Source: Octopus bimaculoides
Taxonomy: Eukaryota
Direction: 5' to 3'
Assembly (NCBI RefSeq): GCF_001194135.2
Contig: NC_068997.1
Location: 55,882,762 to 55,915,761 of the forward strand
DNA: 33,000 bases
A program made the translations under genes and the position numbers. Of the stretch, positions 21,633 through 33,000 are shown in pieces. A model generated the notes under the pieces. It saw only the letters and a list, made by a program, of their open reading frames with translations, was not told the origin of the DNA and made no database searches. Position 1 is the stretch's first letter. Each line of letters begins with the position of its first letter.

Positions 21633-22278
21633 TTTAAGAACATCATTGAATCAAATGAGTTTATCACAGACTCTCACTGTAAAAGATGTATTCTTTATGA
21701 TTAACTAAACCAAATCTCTGGCTGTAAACTCTGATCTAATACTTTTCAAAATAACTTTTAATTAACACGTCTTTACCATGGGGGGGAGGTGAAGCAAGAG
21801 ACATCATTTCTTTCTTTTATTTTATCCTCAAATCTCCCAGCTTCACATTCTTTTTTTTTTTAAATTCTTCCTTGTTTATTCCTCAATGTTGTTCGATCAC
21901 TTCCTGTTTATGGTCTTCCTATGTCTCTGGCAATATCTAATGGAGATGGCTGCACATTAATGGCATTTATTTCGTTTAGTACAAAGAAATCAAACATTGT
22001 CAAATTAGATGGAATTTCCTGTCTGAATCCTGAAACATCTATATCATATACTTTAAAGTAATTTATGTGGATGCTTCCTCACAACTGCCTGCCTGTCTGT
22101 CTCTCTCTCTGCTTATGAACAAACAATTTGTACATGTTCTAGTAATACCAGACAGGGTCGACATTAAAATTAATAACTATTTATTTAGTAATTAATGAAA
22201 TGGAAGGGCATTAAAATTAACAACAATTAATTAGAAAATAAATCACATTAAAACTATTTATCAATTTGGATGTGCTGT

Positions 22279-22535
22279 GTGGGGACTGGCATGTCCAAGA
22301 ATTGACCCAATGTTTCCTCTGCCTGTCATAAGATCTGACTAAAAGACGTTGAAGTAGGATTTGCATTCTGACCTTGGAAAACCCTCATCAGCAATGACTG
22401 CCCAAACAGACCCATAGGTTGGGGAAGAGGGTGTCGCCTGGGCAGAGTAAAAGTATCATTTGCCAGGAGTAGGGAATCATTAACAGATGGGGGATGCTGT
22501 TACAGTGCATGCATCCTCCCCTGCCCCATACTATT
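22279..22535 (+). mobile_element. Decayed 5' UTR of an RTE-type LINE including an HDV-like ribozyme-type motif
   Basis: tgtttcctctgcctgtcataagatctgactaaaag (22311-22345) resembles the RTE 5' motif CCTGTCGTAAGAGGCGACTAAAAG. Downstream ccctcatcagcaatga ... catcctcccctgccccatacta resembles an octopus RTE 5' region as I recall it. Confidence 0.55.
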
Positions 22536-22667
22536 ACCACTATTACTTATTAAGAGATAGAATAGTAATTAAAATTACCAATGACTAATTAGAGAGTAGA
22601 AATAATTACAATTAACAGCAAAAAAAGCTAAAAGAAACTGAGGTTTTAGCAAAAAATCATTATGTAG

Positions 22668-22850
22668 TGTTTAGTAGTGTTGGCATTTGGAAGGTTCTCC
22701 AGCTGTAGAAACACTAGAAAGGTCATCCAAGTGTAGAAACAATGCCAAAGCATACAGCGGAACATGATGTAATGCAGAAAGCTATGGGTTCCTGGCAAAC
22801 TGTCCAACCCATGCCAGCATGAAAGATGGACGTTAAAAGATGATGATGAG
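22668..22850 (+). mobile_element. RTE-type tail fragment
   Basis: gtgttggcatttggaaggttctccagctgtagaaac (internally duplicated) ... aaactgtccaacccatgccagcatgaaagatggacgttaaaagatgatgatg. Confidence 0.8.
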
Positions 22851-23258
22851 GATTGTTTGCACAGAATATGAATTCTGTCTCAAATATTTTGCCAGCAACA
22901 AAATTAATATTTACAATTTCATATGAACTTATTATGATTTGTTAACTTACCCAAAATTAAAAAAGTCTTTTCGTAATTACAATTAATGCAATAAATATTT
23001 CAGTTAATCTATTTTCTCTGTTCACATTCAAATTTATTTCAGAAATATGAAAAATTCACAAATTACAAATGTAAAACTACCAGCAACAAATTTAGACTAA
23101 GTCATTGACAATAAAACCAATTTGTCTTTTTCTCGATAGATTAGTAGACAGCACACATTAATCAAATTTCTCACCTGGTTGTTAATAAATGTGGCACATT
23201 AGTAGCCTCTACATACCCATATATATGCATGCATACACACCCATACATATGCATGCAT

Positions 23259-23306
<48 letters not shown>

Positions 23307-24465
23307 GCATATGTTTTGTCTTTGTTGATGTACACATTCACTAGCTTTCTTACAAAGGGGTCTAATGCTCTTAGCTTAGACTTTGGGGGGGGGGGCAAGT
23401 GTAACTGCCCGAAATGGTCATGACTTCTGGGTCTTGACTGAGAAAAGAAAGCCAAGAATGACCTGTCTTTTTTTGCTTGTCTTTCTAATTGTTGTTTCTC
23501 TTGTCTGCCTTTGTATCTATCTGTCTGAACGTTTTAATGCCCTGTATTTAATTTTTGTTCCATTTATATATATATATTTGTGTGTGTGTGTGTACATATA
23601 TGCATGTAAAATTTCCAGGATTCAAGAGAATCAGGTATTTGAATAATGAAAGCACCAACGTAGTGTTGCTGATAGTGTGACTGTGTACACTGTATAATGA
23701 CAAATACTCACTAAAGTAAACATGGATTTGTTTCCCAGTTATGCATATATTCACATGTGGCTGATTGAATACACAACAAGTCATGAAGGTCACACATAGG
23801 TACACTCACGGCACCTTTTGCACCACCATCTGTAGACTCCAGATCCAAACAAATTTGGTTCAGCAGAGTAATCTGGCACAATGTACTTGAGAAGTTCTCA
23901 TTCTTCTAATTGTTACCTGTATTTAATTGTTCTAATTCTTACCTGTATTCGCCTGATGAAATGGCATTTAAAATTTATGACAGCTGTTTTGTTAGGATTA
24001 TATTAATGCACTCAAAGAAGATTACATGAAAGCATAGAATCCATCATTATCAGGTAAGATTTCAGACTGGAGAGATTTCTTACTTTGATCTGGACAAATC
24101 CAGCATTAGTTGGATGGTGGAGATTATATGATGTTGTCTTCTATGAATGTATTAATAAAATTCCTGAAAGAGCTGTTGTAAATCTTAAATACCATTTGTG
24201 TTTACTTTTTATATCCACACCAAAACCAATCCCAAAGTCGTCGGATTTATGGTTTAAATTGGATTTGGTATTTGCATATCTACTGTAGCCTACCATCAAT
24301 TGATGTCTTCAATGTTGTTTACCTCACTGTGTGCTCTATACTAACGTACCTGCTCATTTCTGGCATCCTGTGAGTTGGTGTGCTTAGATTTTAATGAACC
24401 GTTATAAGTAAATCTGTATCACTTTGCTATATCACTTAGGTAATGTCTGCCTCAATTACCAGTAT

Positions 24466-24577
24466 ACATCGTCATCACCATCACCATCATCGTCTTTGTC
24501 ATCATCACTGTCACCACTACTGCCACCGCAACCACTGCAACCACCACCACCATCACCACCACCATTATCATCATCAT
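24466..24577. repeat. (CAT/CAC)n microsatellite
   Basis: Directly visible. Explains the poly-His and poly-Ser/Pro ORFs at 24424-24681. Confidence 0.9.
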
Positions 24578-24789
24578 TTAACTGCTGTCTTCAATGCTGG
24601 CATAAATCATTACCAATTTATCTTTCCCTCTCTGCCCTGGGTGCTCCCACCCACTCCTCTATAATCCAAGTAGCCCTTTAGCTCCCCCACAGCAGGAGTC
24701 TTGTTCTCTTATGACCCCTTCTTCAATACTTTAGCCTTCCATTTCCAAGCCTTGCATGTTTACATGGTGTACCCCACGAGTACAGATGC

Positions 24790-24985
24790 CATCAAATGCA
24801 AAAATCACCCAGTCCATTCTCTGGAAAGTGGCTGGCATCAAGAAAGGCATCAAGCTGGAGAGACAAAACAAAAGCAGATGTTGGAGCATGATGCAAGCCT
24901 CTGAATCTTCAGATTCAGTCAAACTGTCCAACCCATGCCAGCATGGAAGATGGACATCAAATGATAATGATGGTGATGATGATGA
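24790..24985 (+). mobile_element. RTE-type tail fragment
   Basis: aaagtggctggcatcaagaaaggcatcaagctg ... gtcaaactgtccaacccatgccagcatggaagatggacatcaaatgataatgatggtgatgat. Confidence 0.8.
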
Positions 24986-26785
24986 GGAGGAGAAGCATGG
25001 TGACGATTTTGGCAAAATATGATGTTTAAGCAGCCACAAGAATTAAAAACTATTGCCAAACATCAAAAACACTTCTAAGTAAAAATTTGGATATGAAGTT
25101 GTATTTATGTGAAACAGTATTTGTTTTGGGTGAGTCATTCTTTGTCCAGTCTAAACACAGGCACTGTTGTGGCTTTTTACTTGTTTTGTTGAGAAAATAA
25201 TGAAAAGACAATAATTAAAAAAAAAGAAGCTAACATAGACAGAGAGGTAGATGAAGAGAGAGAAAGTGTGTATGCATGTGTGTGTGTGTGAGTGTGTGTT
25301 TACTGGCAACAATTATAACATTTAAATAGTTTTAAAATATCAAACACTGGGTTTTTTAAAACCCAACATTAATATTTTATATTTTCAGTTTATAAATATA
25401 AAGTTTACTTCAAAAATATTTCAACCAGTTAAGTAAGCACAGACGAGGCATGAGTTTTAATTTGATGATAGCATGCCTTCCCAACATTCTGTATTTTATT
25501 TTTGTTTATTATACATCAATACATTCTGATGAGTCTCTTCATGTTTGTTACTATACTTCTACCATTATACCCTCCAGCCTTTTTATATGCACCTGTCATA
25601 TTTGGTAACATTCTTGGAATTTTGAATCCGATCCTTTATTAAATCCATGGGGTTTTAATTATTCTCATTCCGTCATCCGTGTCAGAGATATGCTCTTCAT
25701 TAGTTATTCAGTAAATTCTAAAAGTAACCAAACAGACACACACTGCTAAATTTAAATTTCTAAGTTTCCATGAGTGAATAAGATATAACTATATATTCAC
25801 ATTCTTGCTTCATTTAAAGTAATTCTTGAAGCAGTGCAAGTGATTAAAATGTTTATATTCATAAGGTGTCAGAGCGAAAAACATAAAACTACTGCAGTTA
25901 AGGTGGAGTTCATATTTAAACACTTCCTTTGCTTATTTTGATGTTTATAAATCAAGCAATACTGCAGTTGAGATGACAATCTGATTGATAGGGTATAAAA
26001 AGTTGGAGTGGAAACCAAACTTCTGACAGCTATAACTTATCAAATGGAATACACTAAGAAAAAGACAAACTAATAAGCAAAATTGAAAAATCAAGAAATG
26101 TCCTTTTTAGTGTAGATATTTTTAATATGCATAAGTACATTCTAAAAGTAGTCCATTATGTATGTACATAATTTATAAATTCCTATGTATACTTTCAGGA
26201 TTTTAAATATTTATGTTGTATTTTATGTTTCTTATTTCTATTGCTGTGCTTTAGTTTGAAGATTTGAAGAAATGGTGTGTTGCCAAAGAAAAAGAAAAAC
26301 AATTAAATGGAGTCGAGATTCTGAGAAGCGAAATGTTGTTCTGAAGAGATTGATAAATGTTACGATGAAGTTGTTTAAACAAATCATATCTCTATCAAAT
26401 AAACATTCAGAATATGTTATTGAACTTTAATCAAACTTAGGAAATAAGGAGCAAAACCAGTAAAAAGGATACTAAAATTTAGACAACGTAAATATCGAGT
26501 GTTTTCAATGGTAAGTTTATTATTATTTAACTGCACACAATATGGCAAGTAAATTTACACTCTGTGCCATTAAAAATGTGAACTGAAACAACAACAACAA
26601 CAATAATAATAATAATAACAATAATAATAATAATAATAACAATAATAAAGTTGGCAATGACAAATTACAAAGTGTTCAGTTTTAGATTTAGATTTCAAAC
26701 TAATGGAATTTTCTTTTAAGTTATTTACTAAATATTTCAGCAACATTTTAACATTCTTGGATAGCACCAGCATGGGCTGGTAGAC

Positions 26786-26940
26786 TTTAGTCTTTTATTT
26801 ATTGTTGTTTCAGGAAATGGACTGGGGCCATGCTGGAGCCATGACTTTAAGGGTTTTAGTGGATTAGATTGATTCCAGGAGTGTGTCTGCTACTTATTTT
26901 GTAGATTTTAGAAAGAGAAAAATGATGTTGACTTAGTGCA
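26786..26940 (-). mobile_element. Decayed SINE 3' portion
   Basis: tttagtcttttatttattgttgtttcag ... ggccatgctggagc ... ttgattccagga resembles 4520-4620. Confidence 0.55.
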
Positions 26941-26949
26941 TTGCTTCAC

Positions 26950-27430
26950 CACCTTTGGTAAGAAATGTCTCTTTGATGTAATTGTTATCTCTAGCAGAAT
27001 ATCTCACTACTTTTGGTTGGAACCATCTTCTCTAATAGAATGTGTCACCAATTTTGCTCTGAATGATGTTCTCTAGCCAAATGTCTCATCACTTATTACC
27101 ATTCTGTTTCATCTTTTAGTGAATATCATTTTCAGATTCACCAATTCTTCCATATTTTCTGCTTCTGCATAATTCTTCCACTTGGGTTGCATAACATTTC
27201 TATACCAAAATGCCATTCTCCATAAGCAACATGATATGTCTGCATCAGTACAGTCTCCTTTCTTAAACATTACATCTCATTCCTCCTGTAATATTTTTTC
27301 TCTTGCCTCATTTGTGCTCCACCCCACTTCCCTACCAACATTACACATCAAATGTAGAACATGGTCATTTCATTCCCCATTGCTCACACATCCTCCATGT
27401 TTCACTAACATGCAACACTGCACCTCCTGC
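26950..27430 (-). mobile_element. Highly decayed LINE AP-endonuclease remnant
   Basis: Frameshifted fragments CYAT (cf. VYAPT), SFRAKL (cf. GDFNAKIG) and NNYIKETFLTK (cf. NNLxIxNTFF) occur in the expected order. Confidence 0.4.
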
Positions 27431-27488
27431 ACCTCCTGCACAACGATCATACAATTTGCCATTCATCAAATCTCTTGTAAATATACTA

Positions 27489-27652
27489 AGAGGGTGAGTC
27501 AAAAACAAGTAATGCCATTTTGTTTAGAACCAGTATAATTACCAACACAGGAACATGAATCATACATCAAAATGAAGCTGGTCCTCTGTGGATCACATCC
27601 CTACTTCTCAATATAGGCACTGTTTCTCTCAATAGCAATGTTCCACCTTTGA
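27489..27652 (-). mobile_element. Mariner-type 3' end with TIR
   Basis: Minus strand reads RWNIAIERNSAYIEK* (stop at 27601-27603), like the mariner C-terminal RWxxCIxxxGDYVEK*. Ends in ta-agagggtgagtcaaaa, a mariner-style TIR with TA at 27487-27488. Confidence 0.7.
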
Positions 27653-28301
27653 ATGAGAGCAAGTATATGTACAATATAAAGCAGCAATGGTAGTATATAA
27701 TTGAAAGTATATACCAGAATATATGGCAGAACATTTTAAAATGACATCACAGAATACAGTATATCAGTTTCCACTTTCTGTATGAACCAACGACTGAAAA
27801 CACATATAAAGACACATATAAAACGTTCTCTAGTTTCTAATCTTGTAATAATGACACCAGCCTTTCTATTGAATTCCTATCAATGAATGTATTATATTTT
27901 ATTTTACTTTTCCATCAGTTTCTTTTTGTTTAGCAGCAATTTTATGGCCTATGCCACAGACCTGTAAATAACCTGTTTAATAATTAATACATACTGATGT
28001 ATAATGACTACAAACACTGTTCATAGCTCCAAGTTATCTTTGTATTGGTGTAAATAATTAGATCTCTGTCAAAAGGAAGATTAAAACTTTAGAGTTCCAA
28101 GTGGGACTCTTCCTCATAATGTAATGTTATATGTTGGTATTTAATGAACATTGTAACAGCCAAGTTAACTTTAATGAATTTAATGCACAAAATAATAATA
28201 ATTTAAGTTAAAGAGTCAAAGTTCATTTCTTGTGCATTGACTTGTTAGGCTTAAACTTATTCCAGTTTCTACACTGCACCAGCAGCTGAGTCACAAGGCT
28301 A

Positions 28302-28550
28302 ATCATCATCATCATTTAAATTCCGTTTTCCATGCTGGCGTGGGTTGGACGGTTTGACTGAGGTCTGGAGAGCCAGCAGCTGCACCAGGCTCCAATCTGA
28401 TCAGGCAATGTTTCTACAGCTGGATACCCTTCCTAATGCCAACCACTCTGAGAGTGTAGTGGGTTCTTTTTACATGCCACCGGCATGGGAGCCAGTCAAG
28501 GGGTACTGGCATCGGCCACGTTTGGATGGTGCATTCTACGTATTACCAGC
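28302..28550 (-). mobile_element. RTE-type 3' UTR/tail fragment
   Basis: (ATC)n-tttaaattccgttttccatgctggcgtgggttggacggtttgactgagg ... closely matches 11694-11940. Confidence 0.9.
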
Positions 28551-29364
28551 ATTATAAGGAAAACTAAATTTCCCAAAGATAAGTATTTTCACTTCTGAAG
28601 CTGGTGTATGGAGAACAAGTCTGGATGTTATGACAGACAGACATCTAAAGCAGTTAGTTAAAGCCTACCACACACTACCAAGTGCTACTGCTAATAGCAG
28701 TTGTGGCTTAGTGTTTGGTATCTATATGACATCTCACAAGCTATATTCTTCTTTTTAATTCCAGTGACAGGTAGTAATTCTTATTCAAAGTACTTTAGAT
28801 TAAACTTGGATCTTCTAGTGAAAAATGAAAGATACGATGATTATTAAAATTGCAATATTTGAAAGTAGCAAGTATTTAACTCCAATATATAATAACCATG
28901 TTATTAATACTCACCTGACACTTGGCAATAAAAACATAATTGTTTTTCTAATTACCAAAGTTACATGAAAGTCAAATTCAAAAACATTTTTTACTCACGC
29001 AGGCTCTAAATTATATATTTCAAAAGTTTATATTTATAAGAGTATATAATATTAACACACAGACGCTGATTGAAATGTCGCGTTAAGATAATTAATTTCA
29101 ATCATGTTGGCTATTTCAAAGGAACATCTCTTTGTTTAATGATTAACAGTTGTCTTTTATTGGTTGTATTCATTGGTTTGCAACTAAAGTGTGACACTAC
29201 ATTCAAAGGATTTCACTCAGTTTTATTGTTTCTCATGCTTTGCATGGTAAATATTTTATCACTCTCTACTTATTGAATAGCTAGGTTCATGTAACTTGCC
29301 AGATAAAATAGTACAAGGTATTATTTTTGTTCGACACATTGATTTACTGGCCATTCCATTACTC

Positions 29365-29376
29365 TCTTTCTCTCTG

Positions 29377-29468
<92 letters not shown>

Positions 29469-29476
29469 ACACACAT
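29365..29476. repeat. (CT)n followed by (AC)n microsatellite
   Basis: Directly visible. Confidence 0.95.
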
Positions 29477-29603
29477 ATGGTGCACCCAGAAGAATCTGTA
29501 AAATAGTTGGTGTTAGGAAAAGCATCCAGTCAAAGAAACTAAACAAAAGGAAACATACAACAATGTATGTCTATCTATCTATCTACCTATATATATATAT
29601 ATG

Positions 29604-29643
<40 letters not shown>

Positions 29644-29694
29644 ATTCAATAGGGTATATAATAACAGCACGTGACCCTTTACAAAACACCAATT

Positions 29695-30471
29695 GACCCC
29701 TCCATAAGCTGAGCCTTGTAAACAGATGGTATCGAGAAGTTCCTCATGAACTGACCAATGACCAGACTCAATGACATGTTAACATTTGCAAACAACTTCT
29801 GGTAAATCCTTGAGTTGCTCATCTTTGGTATCAAATTGTAACCGGGGATGAAAGATGGGTCTATTTTCATAATCCTAATAAGGGAAATCCATGGCTTTGT
29901 TCCTGTCAGGAATCAAAATATGCTTTCAGACAAGGGTAGTTTGAACACTCAATCATTTTATGCGATTGGTGGTATTTCAAAGGAGTATTGGTCTTTGAGC
30001 TGGTTCCAGGCATCATGCTGTGAATACTAATCTTTATGCACACAAGCTGCAGCAAGTATATGTTGCTTTGAAGGCCCACTGCCTGCATTGGTCAATTGAA
30101 GACCTGAATTCCTACAGCATTAGAATGCCACAGTCCATCTGCCAGTGTGTCCAAGTGCAAACTTGAGGAATTCAAGGGGCTGAAATTGCTGCCACACCCT
30201 ACCTATAGTCCAGATCTTGTACCATCAAATTAACACCTTCTCCAAACCATAGTTAATTTCCTACATGGATGGAAATTTAACAATGTGGATGAGGTTGAAA
30301 ATGAGTACAGCCAAATGGTATAAGCATAGAATTGAGCTTTTGGTACTATTATAGCAACAAGCAATATACTTTGATGGAATATAATTTGATGAACAAATGC
30401 TTTTCATATGTAATTTGTCTGAACTTTTAATTAAAGTTTAAAATACATAAAACCTTTGATTCACCCTGGTA
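29695..30471 (+). mobile_element. Dead mariner (Tc1/mariner, D,D34D type) transposase remnant with right TIR
   Basis: Reads EVPHEL (cf. WVPHEL), IVTGDERWVYF (first D at 29847-29849), LCDWWYFKGVLVFELVP, QH*NA (second D lost) and LPHPTYSPDLVPSN*HL (third D changed to N, 30228-30230). Several stops and frameshifts. Ends ctttgattcaccctgg-TA (TA at 30470-30471). Confidence 0.9.
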
Positions 30472-30474
30472 TGT

Positions 30475-31400
30475 TATTTGTGTGTTGATTGCAGACTTAT
30501 GTTGTGATATTGCTTGAGTAATTAACTGTCTGACTCTTTGAGGAATGTTATAAAGCAGAGATGTAGAATCTGTTAATATTATTCTATCTAGCATTGTTTA
30601 ATGATGTGTGGCATAATATGTTGCCATTCCTCCTTAGTGTCTATCCATAGTGAGTCCATGAGAAAGAGTTGTACTTATCTGGCCACTGTAACAGATAAAA
30701 TCCTGAAGTTTGCAACTTTACACATTTATAGTCAAATTTATAGACGACATTAGTAATTTGTAGCTTTTACTCCGATTTATATGGCCATGTGTTAATAAGG
30801 ACGTTTGTGATCTCATTGTTTTTGTCATAGATATTATGATCCATTTACGGTCGGCTGTAATGCTGTCTGTGTTTCATTAATGGAATTCTTTATTATGTGT
30901 TCGTTTGTTCTATACCTGGCATGCATTGATTCATTTAATACACTTTGCATGAAATATGTGTATTTTTAGTCAGGATAATATCTAATATATTTGTTCCACC
31001 ATATTTCTGTTTATATCCACCAGTAGTTTGGTCTACTGGCCAGCTTGATTATCCATTGTTAATTAATGCTGGTTTTATTCTATGGATTTCGGTATCGAAT
31101 GTTTCATTTGTAGAAGAGAATCTAAATGCTCTCCAAAGCATTAATTTTCTTACTTGTATTTTGTAGCTCTGTGGCTATTTCCAGTCTCCATGTTGGTTTT
31201 GTTTGTGTCTTTTTCTGAATACTAATATAATGTATCTGCTGTTTTGAGTCTGAATGTCTATGTCTTGATATGAAGTTGTATAAGCATCATTCAGGGTGTT
31301 AGATCTTGGCACTGAGTTGTGACATACATCCCCTTTTAATTTCCCAATGTCTTGTGATGTGTCTATTACAACTAGTTTATCATTTACGTAACTAGTGAAT
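30475..31400 (-). mobile_element. Penelope-like retroelement remnant (RT C-terminus plus GIY-YIG endonuclease)
   Basis: Minus-strand fragments in the expected order: RAFRFSSTNETFDTEIHRIKPALINNG* (31132-31052), MHARYRTNEHIIKN, TNVVYKF (30754-30734), YSGQISTTLSHGLTM (cf. YIGxTTTTLSRRLTMH, from 30690) and RQLITQAISQHKSAINTQ. Many stops and frameshifts. Confidence 0.75.
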
Positions 31401-32311
31401 ATGATTTTCTTTAGATATTACTTTGGTTTTTATTGAAGTCTGGCAGACTGTGGTCAACGTTGGTCCTTAGGGAAGAGCCCATAGTTATTTCATATCCTTT
31501 TTGTTTCACAATTTACCTTGTGGACAGTGAAAGCTACTCTAGTTGTGCAAATTACTAGCTAAACTTGATGGGATTTGAACTCAGAACATAAAAGGTTGAA
31601 ACTAAATAGTGCACTATTATTTTAGCCAATATATATACACATATATATATTACAATGTTTCCCCTTGGATTGTGTGGTTAACAATCTAAAAGATATAATT
31701 CATATTTTGTAACTTTTCACCTGATTCTGTCTCGCTTCCTTCATTTACCATTTATTGCTGTTATTGAGTGCAGAGTTGAGAAACTGAATTCTGAATCCAA
31801 AAAATTCATTTCCCAGATACCATTAGTCTATGAAAAGCACCAGTATTAATACTACCTTGTAAAAAAATTTGGTATTAATTCCACTGTTTGATGCTTTCAA
31901 GAAAACACAGTTGTATAAGAAATTCTCCAAGAACATATCAGATAGTTGAAATTTGTAGACCTGTCAATATTTTACCAGTATGGAGAAACAACATCAACAA
32001 CACCAGCAACAGGAACTTAATATAAGAAATGAAATATAACAGCTGTCATAAAAAAAATAACAAAATATGATAGAAATATCAGCAATGATTTGTCAACAGT
32101 AATATTTATATCATATTTATAATGCCATTATTATAACATTCGATAAATTGATACATAAGAAACTACAATATAAAAGCTGTCAAAAAAAAAAGAAAAAGAG
32201 TGAGCTAAAATATCAGTGTTGTTTATAAGTAGTCATTACATATTGTAACCTCATATAAAGTTTTGATCAGCTAAGTTTCTTTGACAGTTTGACGCAAAAG
32301 CATACATACTT

Positions 32312-32347
<36 letters not shown>

Positions 32348-33000
32348 CCTTTGCCTGCTTTCTCAGTCTTTCATGCTTGTTATCCAATATTTTCAGCACT
32401 CTCTCTCTCTCTCTAACCTATACATACAGTACCAAACACCATCATTTATTATATTTTCTGATTTAGATGCTAAAAGGCATGGCTGATTTACAAGTTCTTA
32501 TTGATTAGTAAAGAGGGGGAAAAAATACCCTAAAGTTCCTTCAGATATTTAGTATATATGTTTGAGCACCAGAAGAAATGGCCATTCTTATAAATTACCT
32601 AATAGAAATAAATAAATTAAAAGTTTCTTTTGGCCTCTAGTGTTGATATTATGGTATGAAAGGGCATGTGAAATTTGTCAGTTCAAATCATTACATTACA
32701 AAGTCTATACTCGTGTAAGTATTGTTTACTTCAAGAACAGATTTAATCTCCAGAAAAATTCTATGTATATCTCAACTGTAGAGAGGATGAGATACGTTAT
32801 TGAACAAGAAACTTCCTGCGTTGTGTGAGTTCAACTTTACCCCTGGCATTTATACTGCTACCCACACACATTTTATGGGCCAGGGTGATGTTTTAAAATA
32901 CAATATCCAGTTAATCATGCTTTTGATAATCTGAAAGACTCGATCAGGGTATGTGAATGAAATACAACAAATTTGGGAGGAAAAAACTCACTCGTTAAAG

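Noticed and set aside
25472-25642. Hydrophobic plus frame ending LGILNPILY* (GPCR NPxxY-like)
   Set aside because: T-rich DNA gives hydrophobic frames by default, there is no TM6 CWxP motif, and a stop follows immediately.
28558-28755. About 65-codon plus frame (PKISIFTSEAGVWRTSLDVMTDRHLKQLVKAYHTL...)
   Set aside because: No convincing splice sites or homology; within the range of chance ORFs in this window.

Overview
AT-rich, repeat-dense eukaryotic DNA with many microsatellites and three N gaps, each next to a (TA)n run. The SINE and LINE families look like those I recall from octopus (coleoid cephalopod) genomes; this is recognition from memory, not a database result. There is no prokaryotic system, CRISPR array or intact RNA gene, and no gene I can name. 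Most of the interpretable sequence is transposon debris: tRNA-derived SINEs of two families, RTE-type LINE 3' ends with (GAT)n tails, one RTE 5' UTR remnant carrying a decayed HDV-ribozyme-like motif, a dead mariner D,D34D transposase with its right TIR, a second mariner 3' end, two Penelope-like (GIY-YIG) remnants and a LINE endonuclease remnant. The standout is a young-looking 255-bp foldback element at 19405-19659. It has near-perfect CpG-rich inverted arms, internal outward-pointing telomeric (CCCTAA)n/(TTAGGG)n tracts and an exact 9-bp target-site duplication, and it sits in a local CpG-retaining island that may be a promoter. A few minus-strand exon candidates have good splice sites, but their phases cannot all be joined into one gene model.
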